Shown piece by piece: positions 9,599 to 19,400 of a stretch of DNA of 50,820 nucleotides (position 1 is its first letter; each line of letters starts with the position of its first letter). The stretch covers positions 1-50,820 of IMG/VR virus record IMGVR_UViG_3300029543_000174. One strand, 5' to 3'. The notes beneath the pieces were generated by a model. That model was not told where the DNA came from, searched no databases, and saw only the letters and a list, made by a program, of their open reading frames with translations. The translations under genes and the position numbers were made by a program. This DNA comes from a virus (taxonomy: Duplodnaviria; Heunggongvirae; Uroviricota; Caudoviricetes).

Positions 9599-11084
9599 AA
9601 AAATTGTTTCAATATTTCTTTTGATTACAACCGTTATTTTTTGTTTCTCAGGCTGTTCATATATTGATCAAATGAAACAGAAAAATGTTAAATATTCGAT
9701 TTCATCTGCCGGTTATTTATACATAGATAACGGCGGAACTGTAATTCCGCAAGAGGAATTTAAAGATAACACCGACATTAGAGTAGCTTATATTCCTGAT
9801 TCTGTTACTACGATTGAAAAAGGAGCATTTGAAGGTTGTAAAAATTTAACCACAGTTACAATGTCAAATAATATTACAGAAATACCTAAAAATTGTTTTA
9901 AAGATTGTAAAGCACTTAACAAAATGGAATTATTTAGTTCTGTTAAAAAAATTGGTGAAAGTGCCTTTGAAGGTTGTACCACACTTAATATGGTTACAGG
10001 TACAACGGAAGTTAAAGAACTTGGTGAAAATGCATTTAAAGATTGTACAACACTTACTAAGTTTGATATGCCGCAATTCGTAGGAATTATTCCTGAATAT
10101 TGCTTTAGTGGCTGTGCTGCTCTTACTTCAATTACTATACCAGATGCAACTGTTCAAATTGACGGATATGCTTTTTCCGGTTGTACAGGTTTAAAATCAA
10201 TCAAAGGTATGAAAAATGTTGCTAATCTTGGTAACGGTATATTTTATAATTGCAATAATGCAACCGAAATTCAGTTACCTTTAAAAACAACTGAATTAAG
10301 TGAAAGCTGTTTTTCTGACTGCAAAGCTTTAACTACAATTACAATACCTAATAATATTACTAAAATTGGTGTAAGCTCTTTTGCAGGTTGTGAAAATCTC
10401 AAAGAAGTGAAAAATTCAAAAAATATTACTTCAATAGGCGATAGTGCATTTGCAAGGTGTTTTGCTCTTGAAAAATTTGACTTTTCCGATAATTTTGTCG
10501 AATTCGGTATGATGTCATTTTCAAGCTGTTATTCACTAAAAAAATTAAATATTCCTATCGGAATCAGCATTATTCCAAGTTCTTGCTTTTCCGGATGTGT
10601 TTCTTTGACATCTTTGGATATTCCAAGCACGATTCAGATCATTGATAAAGCAGCTTTTAAAAGTTGCAAAAATCTTCAAAATCTTACTTTGCACAGTGGT
10701 GCTTTGATCACTATTGATAAAGGAGCATTCGCAAATTGCAAATCATTGACTAATGTTGTTGTTCCTCATTCGGTAAATGTATTAGGGGAAGGTGTATTTA
10801 AGGAATGTAGTTCATTACAAGGCGTTATGTTAAATGCCAACTTGACTTCTATACCTAATGAAACATTCTACAGTTGCACGTCTTTGACTACTGTAAATAT
10901 TCCTAAAAATGTAAAATCAATTGGTACAAGAGCATTTTATAATTGCCCTTCATTGAATAAATTATCTTTCCCAAATGGTCTTGAAACTATCGGTTCTTGT
11001 GCTTTTGAAGATAGTCCTGTTTCAAAAGCTTCTTTACCAAGCTCAGTTATCAGTATTGCTGATGATGCTTTCGGAACTGACTAA
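9585..11084 (+). CDS. BspA-type leucine-rich repeat (LRR_5) surface lipoprotein
   Basis: lipobox-like FSGC; many IPxxVTxIxxxAFxGCxxL repeats. Confidence 0.93.
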   Translation: MQKSKKIVSIFLLITTVIFCFSGCSYIDQMKQKNVKYSISSAGYLYIDNGGTVIPQEEFKDNTDIRVAYIPDSVTTIEKGAFEGCKNLTTVTMSNNITEIPKNCFKDCKALNKMELFSSVKKIGESAFEGCTTLNMVTGTTEVKELGENAFKDCTTLTKFDMPQFVGIIPEYCFSGCAALTSITIPDATVQIDGYAFSGCTGLKSIKGMKNVANLGNGIFYNCNNATEIQLPLKTTELSESCFSDCKALTTITIPNNITKIGVSSFAGCENLKEVKNSKNITSIGDSAFARCFALEKFDFSDNFVEFGMMSFSSCYSLKKLNIPIGISIIPSSCFSGCVSLTSLDIPSTIQIIDKAAFKSCKNLQNLTLHSGALITIDKGAFANCKSLTNVVVPHSVNVLGEGVFKECSSLQGVMLNANLTSIPNETFYSCTSLTTVNIPKNVKSIGTRAFYNCPSLNKLSFPNGLETIGSCAFEDSPVSKASLPSSVISIADDAFGTD

Positions 11085-11097
11085 AATATAACAAAAC

Positions 11098-11122
11098 AGT
11101 CGGGCAGCAGGTCTGCCCGACT
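11098..11122 (+). terminator. GC-rich hairpin carrying GCAGCAGG
   Basis: AGTCGGGCAG-CAGGT-CTGCCCGACT with only a weak U-tract. Confidence 0.5.
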
Positions 11123-11148
11123 TCTAAAAATATTAAGAGGTGATATAT

Positions 11149-11649
11149 GTGAAAAAGAAAATAACTAAAGGATTGTTAATCCAAAACTCAGATTCAATTA
11201 AATACATTTGTCTTTCATCAATACTTCTTTTGGTATTTATAACTTCATTTTTTGTTTTTGTAAATTCAATGCAAAGTATTAAGGATTTAAGTCAACCGAT
11301 ATCTTTAAAGAGTATAATTACAATTGCTCTTTGTGTTACTTCTGTAGTTTTATTACCTCTTACTGATACAATAAAAGCTATAAAAATCCAACATTTTATC
11401 TGTTCGGGCAAATATACCTATGAATATTGCAAAATAGAACATTTTGATATTGACAAAGAAACTCAAAAATATGCTCTTGTTTTAAACAATGGTCGTTCGG
11501 TTGATATTACTGAAAATGAATTCAAATATTACAAAGATAATGAAAATGAATCAGAATTTATTGGATTTAGTATTTTAAACAGATACTTAATATTTGATTG
11601 TAAAGATTATTGCATTGAGAAAGGGGAGAATACAACAATTGAACATTAA
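11149..11649 (+). CDS. hypothetical membrane protein
   Basis: two TM segments; GTG start behind AGAGGTG. Confidence 0.65.
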   Translation: MKKKITKGLLIQNSDSIKYICLSSILLLVFITSFFVFVNSMQSIKDLSQPISLKSIITIALCVTSVVLLPLTDTIKAIKIQHFICSGKYTYEYCKIEHFDIDKETQKYALVLNNGRSVDITENEFKYYKDNENESEFIGFSILNRYLIFDCKDYCIEKGENTTIEH

Positions 11650-12289
11650 CGATACTTTGACTTTATATGATCTTTTTAATTATATGTCTTTAGCTAATAC
11701 TGAAATTAACAAATTAATAAAATCAAGAAAACTTTTCCGAGACAGAGAAAAGATAATTCCTTATTCGTTTAGTGTATCTAAATTGCAAAAATTATTTATT
11801 ATTGCAATGCTGAAATACTTTAACAAATTTTCTAATGATAATCCTGTAGTTGATTTTATTAATGTGAATGTTGTTAATTACGGCTTTTCGGTTGATTGCC
11901 ATAGTACGTGGATGCTACATTTAGACAAATATTACGATAATACAAAACATAAGGACCAAAATAAAAGTTTATATGCTTACCTTAACGATAACTACACAAA
12001 AGCAGATGCTATCAATATGATAGTTGACTCAGAAATGCTCAACACAATGCTCTCTAAGAGCTTTTGCATTCCACGTGAACTTCGATATACCATTATTGAT
12101 ACAATGCTTGAATTTGGGCTGTACAAGCCTAAAACATTGGGAATATTACTAAATGTTTTGAAAAATTCTTCGCACATACCACCTGTTGCACAGACTGTTT
12201 CTATTCAAGATTTATATTTGGCTACAAAATCTATACCTTCTGATGAAAATGTATTGATGGAGTTTATAACAAAAAGAAAAGTAATATGA
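11639..12289 (+). CDS. hypothetical protein
   Basis: TTG start behind AAGGGGAG. Confidence 0.65.
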   Translation: MNINDTLTLYDLFNYMSLANTEINKLIKSRKLFRDREKIIPYSFSVSKLQKLFIIAMLKYFNKFSNDNPVVDFINVNVVNYGFSVDCHSTWMLHLDKYYDNTKHKDQNKSLYAYLNDNYTKADAINMIVDSEMLNTMLSKSFCIPRELRYTIIDTMLEFGLYKPKTLGILLNVLKNSSHIPPVAQTVSIQDLYLATKSIPSDENVLMEFITKRKVI

Positions 12290-12412
12290 AAATATATAAA
12301 ACTTATACTGCTAAAAAGATAATCTTAATATTAATGTAATAATATAGCATAACTGTAAAAATACAAATAAATCATATCAGATTATATAGGAAAGTGAGGT
12401 TAAAAAACAATT

Positions 12413-12595
12413 ATGAAAACCTTTTACAAGAAAGCTTTGAAAAATCGTTATGCTGTTACTTGCCCTTATTGTTGTTCGGCATATATTTCCGAATTAAGTC
12501 ATCCGATTAGCAGTATCAAAAATAATATTACTGTTTACTGTTATCTTTGCCATGATTGTGGTGAAAAATGGTTGGATAAAGAGTTTAAGTTATAA
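12413..12595 (+). CDS. small zinc-ribbon protein
   Basis: CPYC...CHDCGEKW; SD GAGGT. Confidence 0.6.
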   Translation: MKTFYKKALKNRYAVTCPYCCSAYISELSHPISSIKNNITVYCYLCHDCGEKWLDKEFKL

Positions 12596-12609
12596 GAGAT
12601 TTGCAGTAA

Positions 12610-12639
12610 AAAAGAGCCTTGTTAAATCAAGGCTCTTTT
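12610..12639. terminator. bidirectional terminator
   Basis: AAAAGAGCCTTG / CAAGGCTCTTTT between convergent units. Confidence 0.75.
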
Positions 12640-12667
12640 CTATATTTCCCAACTAATATTTCCTTTA

Positions 12668-12817
12668 TCATTTTTTTAGTCTTTCTTCCAAAAGCTTTCT
12701 TCCTTTACCTTTGTTCTTTTCAGACTCTTTAAGAAATTAATCATATCTTTCAGGTGCTACAATAAAACTATGGTTATTTGATATTGCAAAACAAGCTTCA
12801 ATATTTTCTTTTGACAT
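12668..12817 (-). pseudogene. small ORF with an internal stop (MSKENIEACFAISNNHSFIVAPERYD*FLKESEKNKGKGRKLLEERLKK)
   Basis: translated by hand; TAA at 12737-12739 interrupts an otherwise continuous 49-codon frame directly downstream of the pseudoknot array. Confidence 0.4.
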
Positions 12818-12835
12818 ATAACCACACTTTCTTTT

Positions 12836-12957
12836 TCAGTTCCTACTATATGGCAAGGATTTTCCACTTTTTTAAGTTCCTACTATCCGGCAAGGACTTT
12901 CCGCTTTTTTCGGTCCTAATTTTTCGGCTTAAGCTTTCCGCTTTTGTAGCACCTATG
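12836..12957 (-). ncRNA. ToxI-like (type III TA antitoxin) array of three 36-37 nt pseudoknot repeats plus a partial 5' unit, with no toxN
   Basis: units AAAAGCGGAAAGCUUAAGCCGAAAAAUUAGGAC, AAAAAAGCGGAAAGUCCUUGCCGGAUAGUAGGAAC, AAAAAAGUGGAAAAUCCUUGCCAUAUAGUAGGAAC; compensatory changes in both stems; own promoter. Confidence 0.75.
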
Positions 12958-12962
12958 TACTT

Positions 12963-12991
12963 ATTGTATCGCATAATTATTGATTTGTAAA
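12963..12991 (-). promoter_or_regulatory. sigma-A promoter for the pseudoknot array
   Basis: TTTACA-17 bp-TACAAT on the minus strand. Confidence 0.7.
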
Positions 12992-13083
12992 TAGAAAAAA
13001 ACTAATAAATTAGGCGTTGACAAATACAATATTTGCACTTTAAAAATCAAAAAGCCTTTAAACTATTTTTCATGATACATGAG

Positions 13084-13110
13084 AAAAGCAGGTCAAAAGA
13101 CCTGCTTTTC
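13084..13110. terminator. terminator after the DUF3800 gene
   Basis: AAAAGCAGGTC-AAAA-GACCTGCTTTT. Confidence 0.75.
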
Positions 13111-13112
13111 TT

Positions 13113-13805
13113 TTACGGTAAATACGTAATTGTTAAATGTTCATCTTCATTAATTTCTTTATTATTATTAATTTGATAATAAAGTTTATTTGAAATTATA
13201 TCGGCAGCCCTTATTAATGGTAAATATTTTGAATCACAATATTTTAATGTTAAAATGTTACAATTTTTAAATATTGGTTCATAGTAATGTTGATAATTAA
13301 AATTAAAAGTTCCTTTTACAAGTTCTTGATATAAGCCCTCTCTCAATTCGTATTTGCCGCTTGTGGCAACTGCATGTTCATCAACAAAGAAATGTAATTC
13401 TATTTCATCATTTGGTTCAATTAATCCTTTGTCAATTAGATTCATTAAAGCTTTTTTTACGCCGATTTTATATGCATAATCTAAATATCTTTGTTTATTT
13501 AATTTGTAGTCGTAAATATTATTATTAATTCTATTTTGATTGATAATTATTCCAAATTTATAATAATTATTTAAAGACCTATAAATACTATTTTTATGTT
13601 TTTTAGACAAGTGATATGCTTTTAATTCCAATGAATATGAAGATTTAGTTGCTTGTCTTAAATCCTTTTCAATGTGTTTATAATTTCTTATTGCATTATC
13701 TTTGTCTTCTTTGCTCAAAAATATTAAACCGCCAAACACAAAGTTACTATAATGAATATGATCAAAAACCCCTGATTCGTCAGAATATATGTATATTGTT
13801 GTCAT
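13113..13805 (-). CDS. DUF3800 family protein (RNase H-like fold)
   Basis: IYIYSDESG N-terminus and DSK..PLIRAADIISN C-terminus; true start ATG 13805 behind GAGGAG. Confidence 0.85.
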   Translation of the reverse strand: MTTIYIYSDESGVFDHIHYSNFVFGGLIFLSKEDKDNAIRNYKHIEKDLRQATKSSYSLELKAYHLSKKHKNSIYRSLNNYYKFGIIINQNRINNNIYDYKLNKQRYLDYAYKIGVKKALMNLIDKGLIEPNDEIELHFFVDEHAVATSGKYELREGLYQELVKGTFNFNYQHYYEPIFKNCNILTLKYCDSKYLPLIRAADIISNKLYYQINNNKEINEDEHLTITYLP

Positions 13806-13821
13806 AATATTAAATCTCCTC

Positions 13822-13930
13822 AAAAAAAAACCACCTACTAAAAAGTAGGTGGCCCTTGTGACTAACGTACTTACTATACGCCTGAACGGTTGTTTAGCTA
13901 CCACAAGTATGCAGTGTATCTGTACCTGCA
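13822..13930 (-). ncRNA. structured ncRNA/leader upstream of DUF3800, ending in an intrinsic terminator
   Basis: promoter TTGACA(13964-13959)-17-TACAAT(13941-13936); stems UGCAG/CUGCA, CUUGUG/CACAAG, CGUAU/GUACG; terminator CCACCUAC/GUAGGUGG plus U9. Confidence 0.75.
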
Positions 13931-14000
13931 ATATTATTGTACGCAAAATATGTGCTGATGTCAAGATTTAATTTTATTTTTTTTATAAAATATCTTTCGC

Positions 14001-14034
14001 AAAACCACATTCATTTTGGCACGTGGTAGTTCAC
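14001..14034 (+). mobile_element. IS200/IS605-type right-end remnant
   Basis: hairpin ACCAC...GTGGT followed by AGTTCAC, the same terminus as 38219-38225; it supplies the stop codon of the MNT gene. Confidence 0.5.
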
Positions 14035-14321
14035 GATATTTTAACGCCCTCCCTCATAACATTTTCATAAAAAGGAGTTGATTTATCAACCTCACAAATT
14101 TCAAAAGCGTCAACACTTTTACCTGTTATTTGCCTAAGTTCTTCTGCAAACGCAAATATATTTGACTTTTTAAAATTTTCTCCGCCAAAAACGAGCACAT
14201 CAATATCGGAATTTTCTGTCTGTTCTCCTCTTGCATACGAACCGAAAAAAAACGCATATTCTGCATTGTATCGAACAAGAAGTTCTTTTATTGTTTTTTC
14301 AATTTCATCTTTAGTAAGCAT
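14031..14321 (-). CDS. minimal nucleotidyltransferase (MNT) domain protein with no HEPN partner
   Basis: FFGSYARGEQTENSDIDVLV motif; upstream promoter TTGCAT-17-TATAAT. Confidence 0.9.
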   Translation of the reverse strand: MLTKDEIEKTIKELLVRYNAEYAFFFGSYARGEQTENSDIDVLVFGGENFKKSNIFAFAEELRQITGKSVDAFEICEVDKSTPFYENVMREGVKIS

Positions 14322-14660
14322 AATATCGCTCCCTTTCCCTTATATTTTCTATATGTATTATATATTTATCGTTTCTGAAATGCAACGCACAATGCAATAA
14401 TCTTAGTTAAAGTCCTGAAAATGTCTCTTGTTCAGGCAAAAAACAATTATTTAATATCAAAAAAATAAAACTATCAAATACTTTTCTAAAAAAAAATTTT
14501 TTGCGCGATAAAGTATATGAAAGGGTTAAAAACACTCTTTTATGTACCTTGAAAAGTTAATATGATAGTTCTTTATTTCGATATTTATTTGTAAAAAAAG
14601 GTCGCATTTTCTATATATGGTATAGTTAAAATAAAATATACAATATATTGAAAAATGGCG

Positions 14661-14689
14661 TTGACACTCCTATATATCTGCGTTATAAT
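14661..14689 (+). promoter_or_regulatory. sigma-A promoter
   Basis: perfect TTGACA-17-TATAAT. Confidence 0.8.
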
Positions 14690-14716
14690 TAAGATGAACA
14701 AGGGAGGAAGTCAACT

Positions 14717-15985
14717 ATGACTGACAATAGATTTAAGAAAGTAATATCAACCATTATGGCTGTTACAATAGCTTTTACCGGCTTGACTTTGGGTGCTCCA
14801 AGTTATGCAGCAAATAGGAAGCCAAGCTCAACAAGCGTTACGAGTATAAAGGCAATAAATAACGGCTTTACAGTTAAATGGAAAAAGAAGTCTTGCACAG
14901 GCTATCAAATCCAGTATTCGACAAGCAAAAAGTTTGCTAAAAAAGGTACTAAGGTTTTGAAAGTAAACAAGGCTAAAACAACTTCTAAGACTGTAAAGAA
15001 GCTCAAAGCTAAGAAAAAGTATTATGTAAGAGTAAGAGCATATAAGACTGTTAAGAAAAAGAAGTATTACTCAAAGTGGACCAAGACTTATAAAGTAACT
15101 ACAAAAAAGGCTAAGAGTTCATCAAGCAGTAGTTCTTCAACTACTCCTACTATTAAATCTATTTCTTATCTTGATAAGGGATATGGCTTTAAACTTACTT
15201 GGAACAAAGTTTCTAAAGCTTATGGTTATGAGGTTCAATATAGTACAAATAAAAAATTCTCTGATGTTTATGATGATGAGGGTTATGTATTTGACAATAT
15301 GCATAAGGACGTAAGTAAGAACAGTACCTCTGTAAATTTCAAAGTCAGTGATAAAGATCCTGCTGCTGATAACATTTGGTATGTAAGAATCAGAACAGAA
15401 AAGTCCGGTGGAAAGTATTCCGGCTGGTCTAAGACCGTTTCAATCCTTACTCCTGAAAGAAAAGATTATCTCAGACTTATGGATAAGGCTTATGGTGAAA
15501 TGGGTATTGTAGCAACCGATAGTGAATTTGACAAACTTGTTAAAATTCAACGTTGGATTGATTATAATTGGTATTATGACAGAGATACTGTTCATAATGA
15601 TGCAATTAGTGTTTACCAATTAGCAAAATATCATCATGATGGTTGTAATTCTTTTGCCGCTGGTTTTAATTACTTTGCTAATAAAGCTGGTATTCAAAGT
15701 TGCACAATCGGTGGAAGTTCAACTAAGCCATACAGAGAAGGACATTATTGGAATTGGATTAATATTGAAGGATATTGGTATTCTTACGACTGTGAGGTCT
15801 ATAATCCCAATAATTTATTTGATGCTAATCATAAGCCTATGAGATTTTTAAGATATGATTTTATTGGTGACTCTTATGTACTTGATAAAGTATATACTAA
15901 TATTTATACAAATTCAAATCCAAAAGCTGACAAGACAATGATCAACAATATGATCAATCGTATTAATTCAAAACTTTACACTTAA
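14717..15985 (+). CDS. secreted FN3-repeat protein with a C-terminal transglutaminase-like domain
   Basis: signal peptide; two FN3 repeats (FTVKWKK..GYQIQYST, YVRVR); GCNSFA...HYWN...YD triad. Confidence 0.85.
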   Translation: MTDNRFKKVISTIMAVTIAFTGLTLGAPSYAANRKPSSTSVTSIKAINNGFTVKWKKKSCTGYQIQYSTSKKFAKKGTKVLKVNKAKTTSKTVKKLKAKKKYYVRVRAYKTVKKKKYYSKWTKTYKVTTKKAKSSSSSSSSTTPTIKSISYLDKGYGFKLTWNKVSKAYGYEVQYSTNKKFSDVYDDEGYVFDNMHKDVSKNSTSVNFKVSDKDPAADNIWYVRIRTEKSGGKYSGWSKTVSILTPERKDYLRLMDKAYGEMGIVATDSEFDKLVKIQRWIDYNWYYDRDTVHNDAISVYQLAKYHHDGCNSFAAGFNYFANKAGIQSCTIGGSSTKPYREGHYWNWINIEGYWYSYDCEVYNPNNLFDANHKPMRFLRYDFIGDSYVLDKVYTNIYTNSNPKADKTMINNMINRINSKLYT

Positions 15986-16004
15986 TACTATATACAAATA
16001 AGTT

Positions 16005-16043
16005 TAAGAACTATCAATGTAAAAGTTGATAGTTCTTTTTTTA
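16005..16043 (+). terminator. intrinsic terminator
   Basis: AAGAACTATCAA / TTGATAGTTCTT plus a T run. Confidence 0.8.
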
Positions 16044-16445
16044 TACTTTTTTAACAAAAAAAGATGCCGTTCTATTTCTTTTCACTTGGAGAATAGATGA
16101 AAGCCTATGCTCACATTCAAAATATGGAAGTGACTATATTTTGAGTGCCAAAGAAACTGTGTGAGGAGTCGAGGTCAGTGACACTTTGGCAATATTTTTT
16201 CGATATTACAATAAATTTATAGTTTTATTAAAATTTTAAAGGTGGTGAATTGTAATGACTAATAAAAATTACAAAGCATTAAATTGGTCAGGATTTATGT
16301 AGCTAACCTTTTGTGGGTTGGCTGAATATAAATAATGATTAAATGAAATAATTAAAATTCTCATTGTGATTTTAATTATCTGTTTTGAACAATGGTTTTA
16401 ATAATATTATTAAAATACTCTTAAGAAAGGAGAAAAATCAAATAT

Positions 16446-19400
16446 ATGAAAAGATTTAATTCATATAAAGTTAAAGGTCTTGGTAAACGTGTACTTTCTG
16501 TTTTACTTGCCATTTTAATGGTGTTTAGTTGTTTTGCAACAAGTCTTACTGCTCTTGCTGATTCATCAATCAAAGATGTATGGACTTCATCTGACGGACA
16601 TTCACATCACAGATTAAAGGTCAACGGTAAAGATGCCTTTTGTATTAACTACGGTCAAGAATCAACCGGTAAGTTTAAGACTGATTCTGCTGCACTTAAA
16701 TATTGGAACAGTCTTGGCACCACAAAAAAGAATAAAATTCAAAATATTCTTTCTTGTGCAGAAGCTAAAGGCTATATAAACGGTTCTGATAAAGAATATT
16801 TTGGTATTCAGAGAGCAATTTGGAATGTTGTTACTACTAAATCAGAAAAAGAACTGTCGGATTATTTCAAATCACAGACAAATTCTGTATATAAATCGCT
16901 TAATTCAAATTATTCTGATTACGCAAAGAAAGCTCCTAAGTTTGGTACAATCAAACTGGAACCTCAGTATAACAGTAGTGGTAATGTTACTTCATATAAA
17001 GGCTCAGCGACAGACAGTAACAAAGTTTTGAGTAAATTTAAGTTTACTGATAAAGCAGGGCTTAAAACTTCTGTTTCGGGCAATAAACTTACAGTAACAT
17101 CAACTACAAGATTTGATGGCTTAAAAAAGCTTAAAATGACATCTAATAATAAGCATTATACTATTAAGGATAGTCAGGTTGGCCATTTTGGTAATCAGCA
17201 GGTTATTGCTATTGGTAGCCCAAATGTACTTAACGCAAATGTTAGTGTAAGAACGAGTGAAATTAACTTAGGAGATATTACAATTAATAAAATTGCTGAA
17301 ACCGGTGAACCTATGAGTGGTATCCGATTTGATTTGTATAATTCAAATGGCACATACATTAGTTCAGATTGGACTGATGCAAACGGAATAGCAACTTTTG
17401 AAGGTCTTAACGTTGGAACGTACACCGTAACAGAAGTCACTCCTGCCGGTTATGTGCCGTATGGAAACACAAACAGTGTTCAAGTAACAGTAAGAGCCGG
17501 AGATGTAGTCAATGCATCAAACCATTCAAGCGGTAAATGGGTCAACACTTTGCAACGTGGTGATATTTATATCCATAAGACAATTGAGGATACAAGTACA
17601 CCGTATCAGGCAGAATTTACTCTTTACGATTTGGACGGCAATTATGTAATCTCAGGAACAACAAACACTGCCGGCGACCTTTACTTCTGTAATATCCCAA
17701 CAGGATATTATCAAATTAAAGAAACCAATACATATAACAGTAATGTTATAGATTGGCAAGCAACATATACAACATATGATTCGGGTACAGGTCAAACAAC
17801 AACTCATAAAGGTGCACAGATTTATGTATCTTGGGATGGTCAAACGACTTATCCATATACAAACAATGTAAACCATAATGGTTGGCTTAATGACCTTGTA
17901 GGTGGTACAAACCTTTGTGATTGGGTTAATGAGATTAATTTCTCAGGTAACAATACAATCGTAAATAAGTATATGCGTGGCGATTTGAGACTCTATAAAG
18001 TCTCTGAGAAGCCTGATACAACGAGTTCAAACGGATATACATACAAGTATGTTCCTAACGATAATACAGGCTCATATCCAGCCACAAAAGGTGCTAAGTT
18101 CACAATTACAAGTGAGGCAAGCCAAAATGCATTGGGTAAAGATTTAACATTTACTACAACTACGGATGAACAGGGATATGCATACTTCTGTGATGTTCCT
18201 ATCGGCTATTATACAGTAAAAGAAGTTGAGGTTGATAATAAGTATGTTCAGCCTGACAATCAAATCTTTTACGTAGCGTGGGATGGTAATACAAACTATG
18301 ATGTAACAGGTACGAACTGTAGAAACAGTGTTGATTACTATGCAGACTATAATTCAAATACATTAACCTTTATTAACTATTTAAAGTATTTCAGATTTGA
18401 ATTTTCAAAGCTTGATAATGATACAAATAGTTCAAAGGCTCAGGGTGATGCTTCGCTTGCAGGAGCAACATATGAACTTTATAAAGGCAATGAACTTGTA
18501 GGAACTTATGTAACCGATGCAAGCGGTAAGTTTACAACAAACTATCATATTTGTGGTAATGACTATTACCTTAAAGAAGTAGGCTCATCTAACGGTTATT
18601 ACATTAATAAGGAAAACTTAAAGGTATCCGAAGATCCGTCAAAGTACACAGTAAGGCTTAATGATACTTCAAAAACCAACACAGAAACGGTTAAAAAGGG
18701 TAGAATTGAGATTATGAAATTTACCGATGACGGTTCTGATAAATATGTTACACCAGAGCCTAATGCAGAATTTCAAATCTATCTCAAATCGGCAGGCTCA
18801 TACGAGAATGCTAAAAACAACGAGAGAGATTTAATTGTTACCGGTAAAGATGGCTATGCTGAAAGTAAGGCATTGCCTTATGGTGAATATGTAATTCATC
18901 AGACTAAATGTGGTCTTGAAGGTACTCTTTTAGCAGATGACCAAATTTGTAAAATTCAAACAGATTCAAGTGCATACCCTGATAACGGTGATTCAAATGT
19001 TGTAGCAGTTTACAGATATGCAATTAAAAATCTTTTAGATAGTGCATACTTAAAGCTTGTAAAAGTTGATGCCGATACAGGCAAAGCTATTCCGTACAAT
19101 GAACTCCAAGGTGCTAAATTCCAGATTCTTGATAAGGATTTGAATGTAGTCAAAATGACTTATACATATCCTAAGAAAATGGTAATTGATACATTTACTT
19201 TAAATGATGAAGGATATCTTATTACTCCTGAAAAGCTTCCATACGGTAAGTATTATATTGTAGAAGTAGAAGCACCATACGGCTATTTCAATCCAAATGC
19301 TGATAAAATCGTATCAAGGATTGACAGTAACGGTAATACGGTTTACGAGTATGATAAGAAATCTGTTGAAAAAACAGCGTTCAAAATTGATACAGTAAAT

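Noticed and set aside
12836..12946. 36-37 bp repeats as a mini CRISPR array
   Set aside because: The units are directly tandem with no spacers, no cas genes are present, and they fit pseudoknots better.
13806..13964. N-terminal extension of DUF3800 in the ORF track
   Set aside because: Its TTG is the -35 box; the interval is promoter, RNA and terminator, and a good SD precedes ATG 13805.
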